Positions 9,974 through 20,230 of a stretch of 64,000 nucleotides of DNA are shown piece after piece. Where the stretch lies: assembly GCA_965228855.1 (NCBI GenBank), contig CBDDIJ010000003.1, positions 3,584,001 through 3,648,000 of the forward strand, read 5' to 3'. The position numbers and the translations under genes were made by a program. Numbering within the stretch: position 1 is the first letter of the stretch; every line of letters begins with the position of its first letter. The stretch is from Candidatus Obscuribacterales bacterium (GTDB lineage Bacteria > Cyanobacteriota > Vampirovibrionia > Obscuribacterales > Obscuribacteraceae). The notes below the pieces were generated by a model, which saw only the letters and a program-made list of their open reading frames with translations, had not been told where the DNA came from and did no database searches.

Positions 9974-11404
9974 ATGTCCGAAGGAGCGAATTCCGAACAG
10001 CGCCAGGAAGATGGGCAGCTTCGGAATAAAAAACCAGGCGAGGCCTTGATTGGCAAAACGCTCTTCGATCGGTACGAAGTGCTGGAAGTGCTTGGAGAAA
10101 GCGCAATGGCGCTTGTGCTCAAGGCTCGCGAGGTCGGCAGTAATCGGCTGGTGGCGATTAAAACGGTCACACCACATGATCCGGAAATCGTGAAGCGGTT
10201 TGCGCAAGAAGTTCAGTTGCATGGAAGCTTAAAACATCCGAACATCGTCGAAGCGATTGACTGTCTTGAAGCACAAGGCGGCAGAACGTTTTTCGTCATG
10301 GAATTTATGTATGGGGCGAGTCTCAGGCACATCCTGCAAGATCAAAAACGCATCGACAACGAAGACGATCTCGGTTCGATCATTTTGCAAATCTGTGATG
10401 CGCTCGAGCACGCACATCAATCCGGCGTTCTGCACCGAGATTTGAAGCCGGGCAATATCCACCTCCTAGAAAAAGACAATAAACTGAATGTCAAAGTGCT
10501 GGACTTTGGAATTGCCAAACCGCTCGGTCAACAAACCGGTCTGACGCAGGCCGGCTACGCGGTCGGCTCCCCACTGTACATGAGCCCGGAACAATGTCGA
10601 GGGCAGAAAGTCGACGCGCGCTCCGATGTTTATTCAATGGGCATTCTCGCGTATGAAATGACGACGGGAAACTTGCCATATGCCGGTCACAACATTATGA
10701 CCGTCATGGCTGCTCATTGCGATCCGGAGAGGAAACCAACCGCGCTTTCCGCCGTAGTCCCTGATTTGAAGCGCGTGGACGAACTCAACGCCGCAATCCA
10801 AACATCGATGGAGACAGATCCGGCGAAACGGTTTCAAACAATTGCAGAGTTCCGAAAAGCAGTTCAAAAGTGGCACGAAGGGGTTCAGGCAGATTTATTG
10901 TCAAATCTCGTTGCCGGGCAACAATTAAACTTACCTGCCGAGACAAAGCATGCCGTGGCAGAAAAGGCTTTGAAATCAGCGGGACAAAGCGGTGTCGACA
11001 TTCCTCAAATTCCAAGAGCGGAGTCGGTCATGGACTTCTCACCGAATTCGGTATCAACACCATCTGCGCCACCAGCATCCGCACCGGTCGCAGACGATGT
11101 TAAACGCATGGAGCGCACTCTGCGCCCTGGGCACTCGCCCCCCGACAGTCCATCACAGAATGCCGTGCGAGTCAATGCCGAAGAAGAAGATGAAGATGAT
11201 GATGACGACCGCGGCACTGCGCGCATCGAAAATGTTTCGCTTTCGATGGACGAACAAAAGGGACGCATGCGAAACCGATTTCAATTACCGAGCGCGAACT
11301 CTGCCGATAACGACAATTCCAAGAAGATAATCATCACAATTGGGCTAGTAATGCTATTTCTACTGATAGCATTGTTTGTTATGGCAAAGGCTTTGCTTCA
11401 CTAG
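9974..11404 (+). CDS. Ser/Thr protein kinase (Hanks type) with C-terminal TM helix
   Basis: VAIK, HRDLKPGN, DFG, GSPLYMSPEQ and DARSDVYS motifs. Acidic low-complexity linker, then terminal hydrophobic helix IIITIGLVMLFLLIALFVM. Confidence 0.92.
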   Translation: MSEGANSEQRQEDGQLRNKKPGEALIGKTLFDRYEVLEVLGESAMALVLKAREVGSNRLVAIKTVTPHDPEIVKRFAQEVQLHGSLKHPNIVEAIDCLEAQGGRTFFVMEFMYGASLRHILQDQKRIDNEDDLGSIILQICDALEHAHQSGVLHRDLKPGNIHLLEKDNKLNVKVLDFGIAKPLGQQTGLTQAGYAVGSPLYMSPEQCRGQKVDARSDVYSMGILAYEMTTGNLPYAGHNIMTVMAAHCDPERKPTALSAVVPDLKRVDELNAAIQTSMETDPAKRFQTIAEFRKAVQKWHEGVQADLLSNLVAGQQLNLPAETKHAVAEKALKSAGQSGVDIPQIPRAESVMDFSPNSVSTPSAPPASAPVADDVKRMERTLRPGHSPPDSPSQNAVRVNAEEEDEDDDDDRGTARIENVSLSMDEQKGRMRNRFQLPSANSADNDNSKKIIITIGLVMLFLLIALFVMAKALLH

Positions 11405-12482
11405 TAGCTGACACCATTGATGGTGCACAGCGCGTCGTTCGCCACGCAAACTTCGAGGAAAGCAAGTTTCCATCTTCTCGAACCTTCGCCATTCTACATC
11501 CCAGAACAGAGCCCAGGACAGGCAGCAGGAGCGCTAGAGAAGGCAGTGCCGTTACGTATACCAGATCCCTGACGGCGGACGGAATCAACCCTGAGCCGAC
11601 GTCAATCGGTGAGTTAATTGCAAACCAGATCGCTATCGGAATATGCATCAAACCACAGACGGCAAGCGGCGATGCTGCCGTCAATGCAAGCAGTGCCGCG
11701 GTTTTGGGACGGGTGGCGCCGGTAGCAAACGCGACTAAAACACCGATGAGTACAGGCGCAGCCACCGACAAAATCATGGCGCTGGTCAAATCATTCAAGA
11801 AGAGACCGGTGCAAAGGAGAGCGGACGGAACGAGTCCTCCAGCCAGCGAATAGAAGACTTTCCGCGGTTGAGTAATCGAAGCCAGATTCTTAGCAATCGA
11901 TCCGCCAAAAAAGTGAGCGAGTGCTGAGCCGAAAATGCCGGTCGTGAGCATGAGTGAATCGTACTGGACCATGTCGAAGCCTCCCGATGAGACCCCGGAG
12001 ACTCCCAGAGAAATCAACGAGAAAAAAGCTGTAAGTGCCGAAAAGTTTGCAACTGTGCACAGCCGACCGAGGCTATTCACTCTAGAAAGGAACCCCATCG
12101 AAAAGCTGAAGAAGAACGGCACGTAAACCATTACGGCATTGGGCTGATTGAACCAGAAATAAAAGTCGCTCCACGGCGCGAACTGGTAATCAGCATAGAA
12201 AAATTGTCCGACCAGGTGCTGCGAAAAATAGAGCAAATGCACGCTCTGTCCAGCCAAAACGCCGCCCAGCAGAGCAACCATGCCACTCAAAACAATTGTT
12301 TCGCAGATCCGGCGCAATTCGCAACGTTGAGATACCATCTCATTGGGGAGCCCGTTCTCCGAGACTGGTGAGATTCCCGGAGGAGTCGGTATTTCGGCGC
12401 TACCGACACAAGCTGCGATCCAGCTAGATTCCGGTGCATACGGGTCGGAGACTACCTTCCATGCTGATTTTGTGCTTTCCAT
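11379..12482 (-). CDS. Multi-pass integral membrane protein, function unknown
   Basis: 367 aa with about 8 hydrophobic segments. Convergent 26-nt overlap with the kinase gene. Confidence 0.7.
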   Translation of the reverse strand: MESTKSAWKVVSDPYAPESSWIAACVGSAEIPTPPGISPVSENGLPNEMVSQRCELRRICETIVLSGMVALLGGVLAGQSVHLLYFSQHLVGQFFYADYQFAPWSDFYFWFNQPNAVMVYVPFFFSFSMGFLSRVNSLGRLCTVANFSALTAFFSLISLGVSGVSSGGFDMVQYDSLMLTTGIFGSALAHFFGGSIAKNLASITQPRKVFYSLAGGLVPSALLCTGLFLNDLTSAMILSVAAPVLIGVLVAFATGATRPKTAALLALTAASPLAVCGLMHIPIAIWFAINSPIDVGSGLIPSAVRDLVYVTALPSLALLLPVLGSVLGCRMAKVREDGNLLSSKFAWRTTRCAPSMVSATSEAKPLP

Positions 12483-12826
12483 AGACTTTCGGGCTCCCTA
12501 TAAGTCGCTTGAGCCTGCTCAAACAGGGGTGCTTTAAACAGGTTATATAGAACTAGTCTCAACGGCTCCAGGGTATTCCCCAGAATTGGACTAGAAGATC
12601 TATCGAGCCGAAGCCTAACCGGCATCAGTGGCGCAAACTACCGCGGGCGCGACATTTAGCACGCCACCATATTTGATACTACCAGATTAACGTCCACCCT
12701 CCGCATGATTAGCAAAGCTTGAAAAGACTCGAATTCCATACGTGATAAGATCACTTAGTATCTTAAGAGACAACTGTTTCTATCCTGTGATCGTCTCCTG
12801 GCAAGTCGAGTTGAACGCTCAAATGT

Positions 12827-14638
12827 ATGTCTGAAGAAAAAAAGAGCCCCAAAGACCAATGGCTGGAAAGGCTTTCTAACGAACCTGTATCAGAAGAAGC
12901 AATGCAGGATACCTGGACGCGAACAGTGTTCGTTAAAGGAAAATCCGGGCCCGCCGGCACTGACTCTGCAACAGCTGGAGGTCTCGCCCCCTCGTCGACG
13001 GCGCAACCTGGCATGAGCACCGGGCAGGAGTCTTTCGAGACAACCAGCGGTTCAACAACGAACTCCGGCTCGACGACCAATACCGGCAACAAAACGGCAA
13101 ATGAGCTTACAGGTCCGCCACGCGATCCACTGCCGGACGCAAACCCGAATGCCATTGTGGGTCAAACCGTTGCGGACAAATACTTGGTGAAAAGCTTCAT
13201 CGGCAAAGGCGGTATGAGCAGCATCTACCTGGTGCAGCACTTACAGCTCGATGCCACATACGCACTCAAACTGCTCGATAAAAATATGTGGTCAGACGCA
13301 ACCGCAGTGAAGCGTTTTAAACTGGAAGCACAGACGGTAAGCAAACTAACCCATCCAAGCCTTATCACCTACCGAGACTTCGGAGTCACCAACGATGGAC
13401 AACCATACCTGGTGATGGACTACATACAAGGCCGAACACTGGGTCAGAAAATCAAAGAAACGCGCGGAATGTTTTTACCTAATGTTCTCGAAATCTTCGA
13501 ACAACTCTGCGAAGGTCTATCGGTGGCGCACGACCTTGGAATCGTTCACCGTGACGTCAAGCCAGGCAACATCATGTTTATGGCTGAGGACAGCAACAAG
13601 ATAAAACTTGTTGACTTTGGCATTGCGAAAATCGTTGCGGAAGAAAATGGCGAGAGCCAGCAACTGACTAAGACCGGCGACGTATTCGGAAGCCCGCTCT
13701 ACATGAGCCCCGAGCAATGCATGGGCAAACGGCTGGACAATCGCTCCGACATTTATTCGCTCGGTTGCGTAATTTTCGAGGCGATGACCGGACGAACCCC
13801 AATCTCCGGTAATACCATACTTGATACCATGAACAAGCATGTATCACTGATGCCGAGCCTCCCGTCAGAGCTTCGACCGGACCTTCAATCAGCGGAGAAA
13901 TCTTCGTGGATCAATCTGGACGACTTCGAGTACATCGTCATGAAGTGCTTGCAGAAAAATCCCAACGACCGTTACAAAACAGTCGATGATGTTTTGGTTG
14001 ACTTGCGCAAAGTCAAAGCTCAGGAGCAGCTGCAAAAGGACGCGCCCGTTTCTTCGGTTAAAAACCTGAGGAGGACAGGCACTTTCGACCGAACATCTCC
14101 TAAGGAGATGTTCCAGATGGTGGCAACAGCAGCTTACGTAATAGTCGGAATCGGAGTGATCGGCGCTATCATTGCCATTTTTCTTTTAACGAATAAACCG
14201 ACACCAACACCGCCGCAGAAGCCGGCTACGGCAGAGCGCCCGAGCGGTCCAAGCCAGAGCATCGTGCTGGACAACAGCGATCAGATGCAGGACGCAAATG
14301 AACTCGATCAAAAAGCCAATCACTATATGACCAAACAAAATTGGCCAGAGGCTGCGATGATGCTTGAGACGTCAGTGAGCATGTACAAGCGCAAAGGTGG
14401 CTCGGGCTTGATGCTTGCGCCTAAATACGTCAGCCTTGGCGACTGCTATTACAACATGAAAGATTTCCACAAGTCTCTCAAAGCCTTCAAGGATGCAATG
14501 GCAATCTACAACGAGCACCCTCCGGATCTATGCATTCCTCAGCGCAAAGAAAGCTTGCTCGGTCAGGCACGCGCATTGAAGGGGCTTCAACTCGATACGC
14601 AAGCAAAACAATTGGAAGACGAAGCTAACAGCCTCTAA
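12827..14638 (+). CDS. Ser/Thr protein kinase with TM helix and C-terminal TPR domain
   Basis: IGKGGMS, ALK, HRDVKPGN, DFG, GSPLYMSPEQ. TM AAYVIVGIGVIGAIIAIFLL, then a TPR-like tail. Confidence 0.92.
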   Translation: MSEEKKSPKDQWLERLSNEPVSEEAMQDTWTRTVFVKGKSGPAGTDSATAGGLAPSSTAQPGMSTGQESFETTSGSTTNSGSTTNTGNKTANELTGPPRDPLPDANPNAIVGQTVADKYLVKSFIGKGGMSSIYLVQHLQLDATYALKLLDKNMWSDATAVKRFKLEAQTVSKLTHPSLITYRDFGVTNDGQPYLVMDYIQGRTLGQKIKETRGMFLPNVLEIFEQLCEGLSVAHDLGIVHRDVKPGNIMFMAEDSNKIKLVDFGIAKIVAEENGESQQLTKTGDVFGSPLYMSPEQCMGKRLDNRSDIYSLGCVIFEAMTGRTPISGNTILDTMNKHVSLMPSLPSELRPDLQSAEKSSWINLDDFEYIVMKCLQKNPNDRYKTVDDVLVDLRKVKAQEQLQKDAPVSSVKNLRRTGTFDRTSPKEMFQMVATAAYVIVGIGVIGAIIAIFLLTNKPTPTPPQKPATAERPSGPSQSIVLDNSDQMQDANELDQKANHYMTKQNWPEAAMMLETSVSMYKRKGGSGLMLAPKYVSLGDCYYNMKDFHKSLKAFKDAMAIYNEHPPDLCIPQRKESLLGQARALKGLQLDTQAKQLEDEANSL

Positions 14639-14788
14639 AGTCTCGACCTCTGAACTTTCTCGCAACATAACGTCGCCCGGGATACCCATGGAGCGGCTAA
14701 TTGCGTATACTCGTTGAGGCAAACTGCACTTCGGTACATCCGAGGTCACGCAGACACACTTTGGCGGACCCAAGAGAGAGAGTTCAAC

Positions 14789-16111
14789 GTGACTGACACC
14801 GCGCTGAAAGATCTGTCATATGCAAAGCTCCATGATGAGTGGGACGAGCTTGAGCTTGAAGATAAGCTCAGGCGCTTTCAGGAGCTGACGCATGCTGATG
14901 CCGAAGAATTCTTTCGAGAGCTCGGCTCTTCTGATGAATCCGAGCTTCTAACGGCGCTGCCGACACGAGAGCAAAGATTATGGATTCGTGTGCTCGATCC
15001 TGATGATGCCGCTGACGTCATCCAGAGCATCGAAGAAGAGGAGCGCGGTCATTTTCTCGAGCTCCTCGACGAGTCGACACGCACAGAAGTAAGTGCGCTC
15101 ATGGCATACGCCGAGGACGAAGCCGGCGGTCTGATGAGCCCGCGTTACGCTCGTGTGCGGCCGGATATGACTGTAGATGAAGCTCTTGCTTATCTAAGGA
15201 AACAGGCGCTTGAAACAGTCGAGACTGTTTACCTTGTCTATGTATTGGATGGACAGCAGCATCTGCTGGGGGTTGTATCGGTGCGGCGTTTGTTTTCCTC
15301 GCCGCCTACCAAGAAAGTCAACGACGTCATGCGGACCAATATGATCACCGCAAACGAAGACGCCGACCAGGAAGACTTATCAAAATTGTTCAAGGAACAC
15401 AATCTTCTAGCCATTCCGGTCGTCGATTCCGAAGGACGGATGAAAGGTATCGTTACCATCGACGATATCGTTGACGTTGTTGAAGAGGAAGCCACGGAAG
15501 ACATTCAAAAGATGGGGGGATCCGAGGCTCTCGGGGATCCGTATCTCAAGATTGAATTGTCCGAGATGATTAAGAAGCGTGCCGGCTGGCTGTTCGTATT
15601 GTTTCTCGGAGAACTGCTTACAGCTAACGCGATGGGATATTTCGAAGATCAGATTGCGAAGGCCGTTATCCTGGCGTTGTTTCTTCCACTCATCATAAGC
15701 AGTGGCGGCAACGCCGGCTCGCAAGCATCCACACTCGTAGTCCGTGCAATGGCTCTGGATGAAGTTCGACTACGTGACTGGTGGAAAGTCATGCAGCGCG
15801 AAATTATCGTCGGCTCCTCAATGGGAGTCATTCTCGGTATTGTGGGCTACATTCGCGTGATTGTTTGGGAATCGTTATTCCATACATACGGTCCCCACTC
15901 ACAACTACTCGGCATAACCGTGGGCTTGAGCTTAGTTGGAATAGTTCTCTGGGGAAGCGTGTCAGGCTCCATCCTTCCGTTCGTTTTGAAACGAGCCGGA
16001 TTCGACCCGGCTTCAGCATCCACTCCATTCGTAGCAACTCTGGTCGACGTAACTGGCGTTGTTCTTTACTTCACGATTGCCAGCGTCGTTCTAAAAGGCG
16101 CAATGCTTTAG
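14789..16111 (+). CDS. mgtE: Magnesium transporter MgtE
   Basis: MgtE N-domain, EDEAGGLM, CBS pair, GIVTIDD, SSGGNAGSQ and DPASASTPFVATLVDVTG motifs. GTG 14789 is the likely start. Confidence 0.95.
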   Translation: MTDTALKDLSYAKLHDEWDELELEDKLRRFQELTHADAEEFFRELGSSDESELLTALPTREQRLWIRVLDPDDAADVIQSIEEEERGHFLELLDESTRTEVSALMAYAEDEAGGLMSPRYARVRPDMTVDEALAYLRKQALETVETVYLVYVLDGQQHLLGVVSVRRLFSSPPTKKVNDVMRTNMITANEDADQEDLSKLFKEHNLLAIPVVDSEGRMKGIVTIDDIVDVVEEEATEDIQKMGGSEALGDPYLKIELSEMIKKRAGWLFVLFLGELLTANAMGYFEDQIAKAVILALFLPLIISSGGNAGSQASTLVVRAMALDEVRLRDWWKVMQREIIVGSSMGVILGIVGYIRVIVWESLFHTYGPHSQLLGITVGLSLVGIVLWGSVSGSILPFVLKRAGFDPASASTPFVATLVDVTGVVLYFTIASVVLKGAML

Positions 16112-16148
16112 ACGATACCGCCTGCGGTGCCTGACAAAAGGATGAATT

Positions 16149-17309
16149 GTGAACCGGAAAATAGTTTTCGTCATAGCAATATGTTTGCTGATACCAGCAT
16201 CGGTTCTTTTTGTCTGGAGTATAAACATGCCTCCCCGTCATAACGACAACCTGAGCGCAGGATTCGTAGACCATCACGGAAGACGGGTCATTTCACCGCA
16301 GTATGCCGAGGCACTGGACTTCTCGGACGGGCTTGCGGCAACCAGGACAGCTCAGGGGAATTGGTTATTCATAGATAAAGACGGAACCATCGCAGTAAAA
16401 CCCGAGGCAAAGTTGTTGGACGTCCTGTCATTCTCCGATGGACTTGCACCAGCTCAAGTCATGACGGATGAGGACACTGCAGAAGGGAGCATCCAAAGCT
16501 GGAGCGGCTCAAACTGGGGCCCTCATATCGCGCCACAGGCGTCGGGACGGAAGTGGGGATTCATTGACAGATCCGGAGGATTTGCTGTTGCTGCGGAGTA
16601 TGACTCGGTAGGAGAGTTCAGAGAGGGTCTTGCTCCGGTTTTGACCGGCAAGAAGTGGGGTTACATCGATAGAAGCCACCTGGTGATTCCGCTTGAGTTC
16701 GATGAAGCAAGAGTCTTCTCGAACGGACTGGCAGCGGTCCGCAAAGGCAAAAAATTCGGATTTATCGACAAAACCGGTGCCGAAGTGATTCCATTTCAAT
16801 TTGACCAGGCCTACGATTTTAACGGCGGAGTCTGTATCGCCAGACTTGATGGAGCCTTAGTCGCGATGGATTCCTCCGGGAAAAGAATCGCAGACGATTT
16901 CGATGCGTATCAATCGAGCAACACGGGTTTATTCACCAGTCACGCATTAAATAGCGGCCCACAATTTGACTCGGAAAAGCGTAAATTCCGGGTTGTTGCA
17001 GCAGGTGGATATCTGGTTTATAAAAAACGAACGCCCTTATCTCGAGCACCGGTCGCATACATGGACAAAGACGGTGATATTAAGGTGGAGGTGAAACTAC
17101 CAGACTTATCTGCCGATGCAATGATTTTCGCGACTGAATTTCAAGATAAGCATGCCGTGATTTGTATTCAATCGGGTGACTCGATCAGATACTTTATTTG
17201 CGATGAGTTCGGTAATGCGACGCCGGTAGATGCATATCAAGTTTTTTCATTCCGCGAAGGACGCGCGAGGATACTCGCTAACCATGAAGGAAACGATGGC
17301 ACTCGCTAG
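16149..17309 (+). CDS. WG-repeat (KWG) exported protein
   Basis: N-terminal hydrophobic anchor; repeats FSDGLA/FREGLA...KWGFID/KWGYID. Confidence 0.9.
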   Translation: MNRKIVFVIAICLLIPASVLFVWSINMPPRHNDNLSAGFVDHHGRRVISPQYAEALDFSDGLAATRTAQGNWLFIDKDGTIAVKPEAKLLDVLSFSDGLAPAQVMTDEDTAEGSIQSWSGSNWGPHIAPQASGRKWGFIDRSGGFAVAAEYDSVGEFREGLAPVLTGKKWGYIDRSHLVIPLEFDEARVFSNGLAAVRKGKKFGFIDKTGAEVIPFQFDQAYDFNGGVCIARLDGALVAMDSSGKRIADDFDAYQSSNTGLFTSHALNSGPQFDSEKRKFRVVAAGGYLVYKKRTPLSRAPVAYMDKDGDIKVEVKLPDLSADAMIFATEFQDKHAVICIQSGDSIRYFICDEFGNATPVDAYQVFSFREGRARILANHEGNDGTR

Positions 17310-17337
17310 CCTGGGCAAGTTTGCACAGCCATTATGC

Positions 17338-18063
17338 CTAATAAGGCCGTCTCAGTTTATCCACGTTGCGCTTCCGGTTGCCGGCGTTATACCAGTCAAC
17401 AACCTCCTGGCGAATTTGCTCGACTTCATCCGGCTTCATTTCTTTTGAAAGTCGATCTACTTGCTCCTGGGAAAGTTCGGCATACTGCCCATGCCCTTCT
17501 GCTCCCTTCATGTACCAGCGCAACGCCTCTAATTGTTTTCTGTCAGTACCTTCAGCGTTCTCGTACATATAACCGAGTGCGAATTGACTCTTCTTATCAT
17601 TCTGCTCTGCTGCTTTTTGAAACCACTGGAGGGCCGCACCATAGTCGACCGTAGTTCCTCTTCCGAGATAGTGGCAAACAGCCACTCGCACCATGGCATC
17701 GACATCGCCGCTTTCCGCTTGTTCAGTGTAGATTTTGACGGATGCACGTGGTCCGAAAAAGAGCCCCTTATCGGCAAGGAGATGCTTTCCAAGCAAGGTT
17801 GGACGACCAAAACTCTGAGGATTGACTGGCACATCCTTCTTGGAGGGATCCACTTGCGGCACTCCGGGGCTTTCGCCACCGTCCGCCACTACATCGCCAT
17901 TGCCACTATCAGTAGTACCAGGCACCTTCGAAACGGTAGCACCATTTCCAGTACCACAGCTTTGCATGCCGACAACAGCAGCTAAAGTGACAGCGACAAG
18001 AGCCGGTATCATCTTAGCTCGAGAGCGAGGCTTGAGAGCACTATCTACTTGCGGTAATTTCAT
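17338..18063 (-). CDS. SEL1-repeat lipoprotein
   Basis: Hydrophobic stretch ending MQSC (lipobox-like). SEL1 repeats (YLGRGTTVDYGAALQWFQKAAEQ; ALGYMYENAEG). Confidence 0.8.
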   Translation of the reverse strand: MKLPQVDSALKPRSRAKMIPALVAVTLAAVVGMQSCGTGNGATVSKVPGTTDSGNGDVVADGGESPGVPQVDPSKKDVPVNPQSFGRPTLLGKHLLADKGLFFGPRASVKIYTEQAESGDVDAMVRVAVCHYLGRGTTVDYGAALQWFQKAAEQNDKKSQFALGYMYENAEGTDRKQLEALRWYMKGAEGHGQYAELSQEQVDRLSKEMKPDEVEQIRQEVVDWYNAGNRKRNVDKLRRPY

Positions 18064-20077
18064 CACTTGTAACCTCTGTTAGTGGACAAAATCTAGGCAA
18101 TTTATAAATCTCTTCGAAATGACTCACCTCGTGCGGATTTCCTACGACGTAGATCTCGTCGCCCTCGACTAGAACGGCATCTGGACCGGGATATGGAAGT
18201 ACGCTGTCCTCATGTCGGACAGCTGCTATTGTCACTCCAGTCGCTCTTCTAATGTCGAGATCCTTCAACGTTTTGCTCTCGAGTTCCGCACCTTCAATCT
18301 TGAACCAGGCGCCCATGAATTCATCATGAGGCAAGCCGACCAGCCGCGAAAGGTTTGGCTCCGCAATGTCGGGTTGGAACATAGTGTATCGCTTCTCGCG
18401 TATACTCGTCAAAGCTGATTGGATCTCAGGATCGGCTTTGTTCAGGCTTATCAATGTCAAACGAGTAATCTCAATGCTAGCCTCGAACTCCGGTTGAACG
18501 ACAGCATTTGCTCCAGTTGCGCGAAATGCATCGATGTCAGAAGTACGATGTGCACGTGCGATTATTTTGATCTGGGGGTTGTAATGGCGGGCAATGTCGA
18601 TAATTGACATAGCTGCCACCGGATCCGGTATCGTAACCACCAAAACATCCGCATCGCGAATGTTTGCTCGCAAAAGCACGATCCGACTCATGGCATCACC
18701 GTAAACGAACGGAAAACCGAGGTCTTCAAGCTCTCCGGTGATTGCTGCATTGAGTTCGATTACTACGACTGGAATATGATAACCATGCAGGACAACTCCA
18801 AGGTTGCGCCCGATTCGCCCATAACCACAAAGAATAACGTGCTCGCGAAGTCCCGCTGCAGACTGCTCTCCGCGGTCCTCGGAGCGACGATCGTCTTTGC
18901 CGGATAGTTTACTCATGCGCCGCATCAGAATAGGGACGGACTTCATCAAGAACGGTGCCGCTATAAGAGATACCACCGCGCCGGAAAAGAATAGATTGTA
19001 GAGACTTTCCGAGAGAATACCGGCAGTGTAACCGGACAGTGCCAGAACAAAAGAGAACTCTCCAATCTGAGCCAGTCCGACACCGACCAGGGTAGCTCTG
19101 CGTGGTATTGGAGTTGCAAACATAGCGGAGAGCGCGCCGATGAATGCCTTCCCGAGTATAAGCACGATAACGAATAAGGCTACTTGTGCCCAGTGCTCCA
19201 TTATGAACGCTGGATTCAACAACATTCCGACGGACACGAAGAACACAGTGGAAAAGAGATCGCGCAAGGGAAGCAGGTCTGAAAGAGCCTGATGACCATA
19301 CGTCGATTCAGAAATCATAATCCCTGCAAGAAATGCTCCCAGCGCAAGCGACAGACCGAGCGCATGCCCGCCAATCGCAATCAGCAAACACAAGGAAATG
19401 ATCGTAAGCAGAAACAGCTCGCGGTAGTTTGAATGCACAACTTTGGACAAAATAAAGGGGACGAGCTTGGTCGCACTCCAGATGATGAAAACGATGTAGA
19501 CGGCAGCTTTTGCCAGCGCGACAGCAACCATCATCAATGCGTCGGCACCGCCGGAGGCCTTGAACACCGGCAAAAGTGAGATGACGGGAACGAGACTCAG
19601 ATCCTGTATTACCAGAATTGGAATCAGGATCTGACCATGCGCAGAGTCGAGTTCGCCGCGCTCCATGAGCACTTTGGAAACAACTACACTACTGGAGAGC
19701 GCGCAGATGAAACCAAAGAGGAAGCCGCCACCAACGTTGTCAGATAGTCCCGTCATCGATGCTAGAAGCCAACCTAACAGAGCCGTACCAATGATCTGAC
19801 AGAGACCGGCGACAATTATTTTAAATGTGGAAGAGAAGATCTGCTTGAGTGAAACCTCCACACCAAGAGCAAATAGCAAGAGCGCCACACCGAACTCGGC
19901 AAGAACCGAAACGTGTTCGCTGTGACTGATGAGCTTGAGCCCATACGGGCCGATAGCGATACCGGCGATGATGTAACCTGCAATGATCGGCTGTTTTAGC
20001 CGGACGCAAACGTATCCGACTACGAGGGCTGCCGCCCAAATAACCGCCAGATCTCTAATAATTGAGAGTTCGGACAT
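18041..20077 (-). CDS. CPA2 cation:proton antiporter (Kef/YbaL-like) with RCK_N and RCK_C domains
   Basis: About 13 TM segments; LVIQDL, GAFLAG, FFVSVG and QIGEFSFVL motifs. HVILCGYGRIGR (TrkA-N) and a TrkA-C tail. Confidence 0.93.
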   Translation of the reverse strand: MSELSIIRDLAVIWAAALVVGYVCVRLKQPIIAGYIIAGIAIGPYGLKLISHSEHVSVLAEFGVALLLFALGVEVSLKQIFSSTFKIIVAGLCQIIGTALLGWLLASMTGLSDNVGGGFLFGFICALSSSVVVSKVLMERGELDSAHGQILIPILVIQDLSLVPVISLLPVFKASGGADALMMVAVALAKAAVYIVFIIWSATKLVPFILSKVVHSNYRELFLLTIISLCLLIAIGGHALGLSLALGAFLAGIMISESTYGHQALSDLLPLRDLFSTVFFVSVGMLLNPAFIMEHWAQVALFVIVLILGKAFIGALSAMFATPIPRRATLVGVGLAQIGEFSFVLALSGYTAGILSESLYNLFFSGAVVSLIAAPFLMKSVPILMRRMSKLSGKDDRRSEDRGEQSAAGLREHVILCGYGRIGRNLGVVLHGYHIPVVVIELNAAITGELEDLGFPFVYGDAMSRIVLLRANIRDADVLVVTIPDPVAAMSIIDIARHYNPQIKIIARAHRTSDIDAFRATGANAVVQPEFEASIEITRLTLISLNKADPEIQSALTSIREKRYTMFQPDIAEPNLSRLVGLPHDEFMGAWFKIEGAELESKTLKDLDIRRATGVTIAAVRHEDSVLPYPGPDAVLVEGDEIYVVGNPHEVSHFEEIYKLPRFCPLTEVTSDEITASR

Positions 20078-20230
20078 GGCTTCCTTATTTATGTGCGGAT
20101 ACGCCGAATCAGGCCATGCGTCAGTGCTCTAAAGCTAACTAACCCTGATCGCAAACCTACGTCCGGTATAAGACCGGCCCGCGTCAATCCGTTTGTAATG
20201 CCGAAGAAAAAAAAACTAGTCAGTCGATCT

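Noticed and set aside
14640..14788. Mg2+ (M-box) or c-di-GMP riboswitch, or MgtL-like leader, upstream of mgtE
   Set aside because: Some pairing is present (cgttga/tcaacg; GGCAAAC...ACGCA), but there is no GAAA tetraloop/receptor or ykoK core. The short ORF MERLIAYTR has no Pro run. An Rfam scan would be needed.
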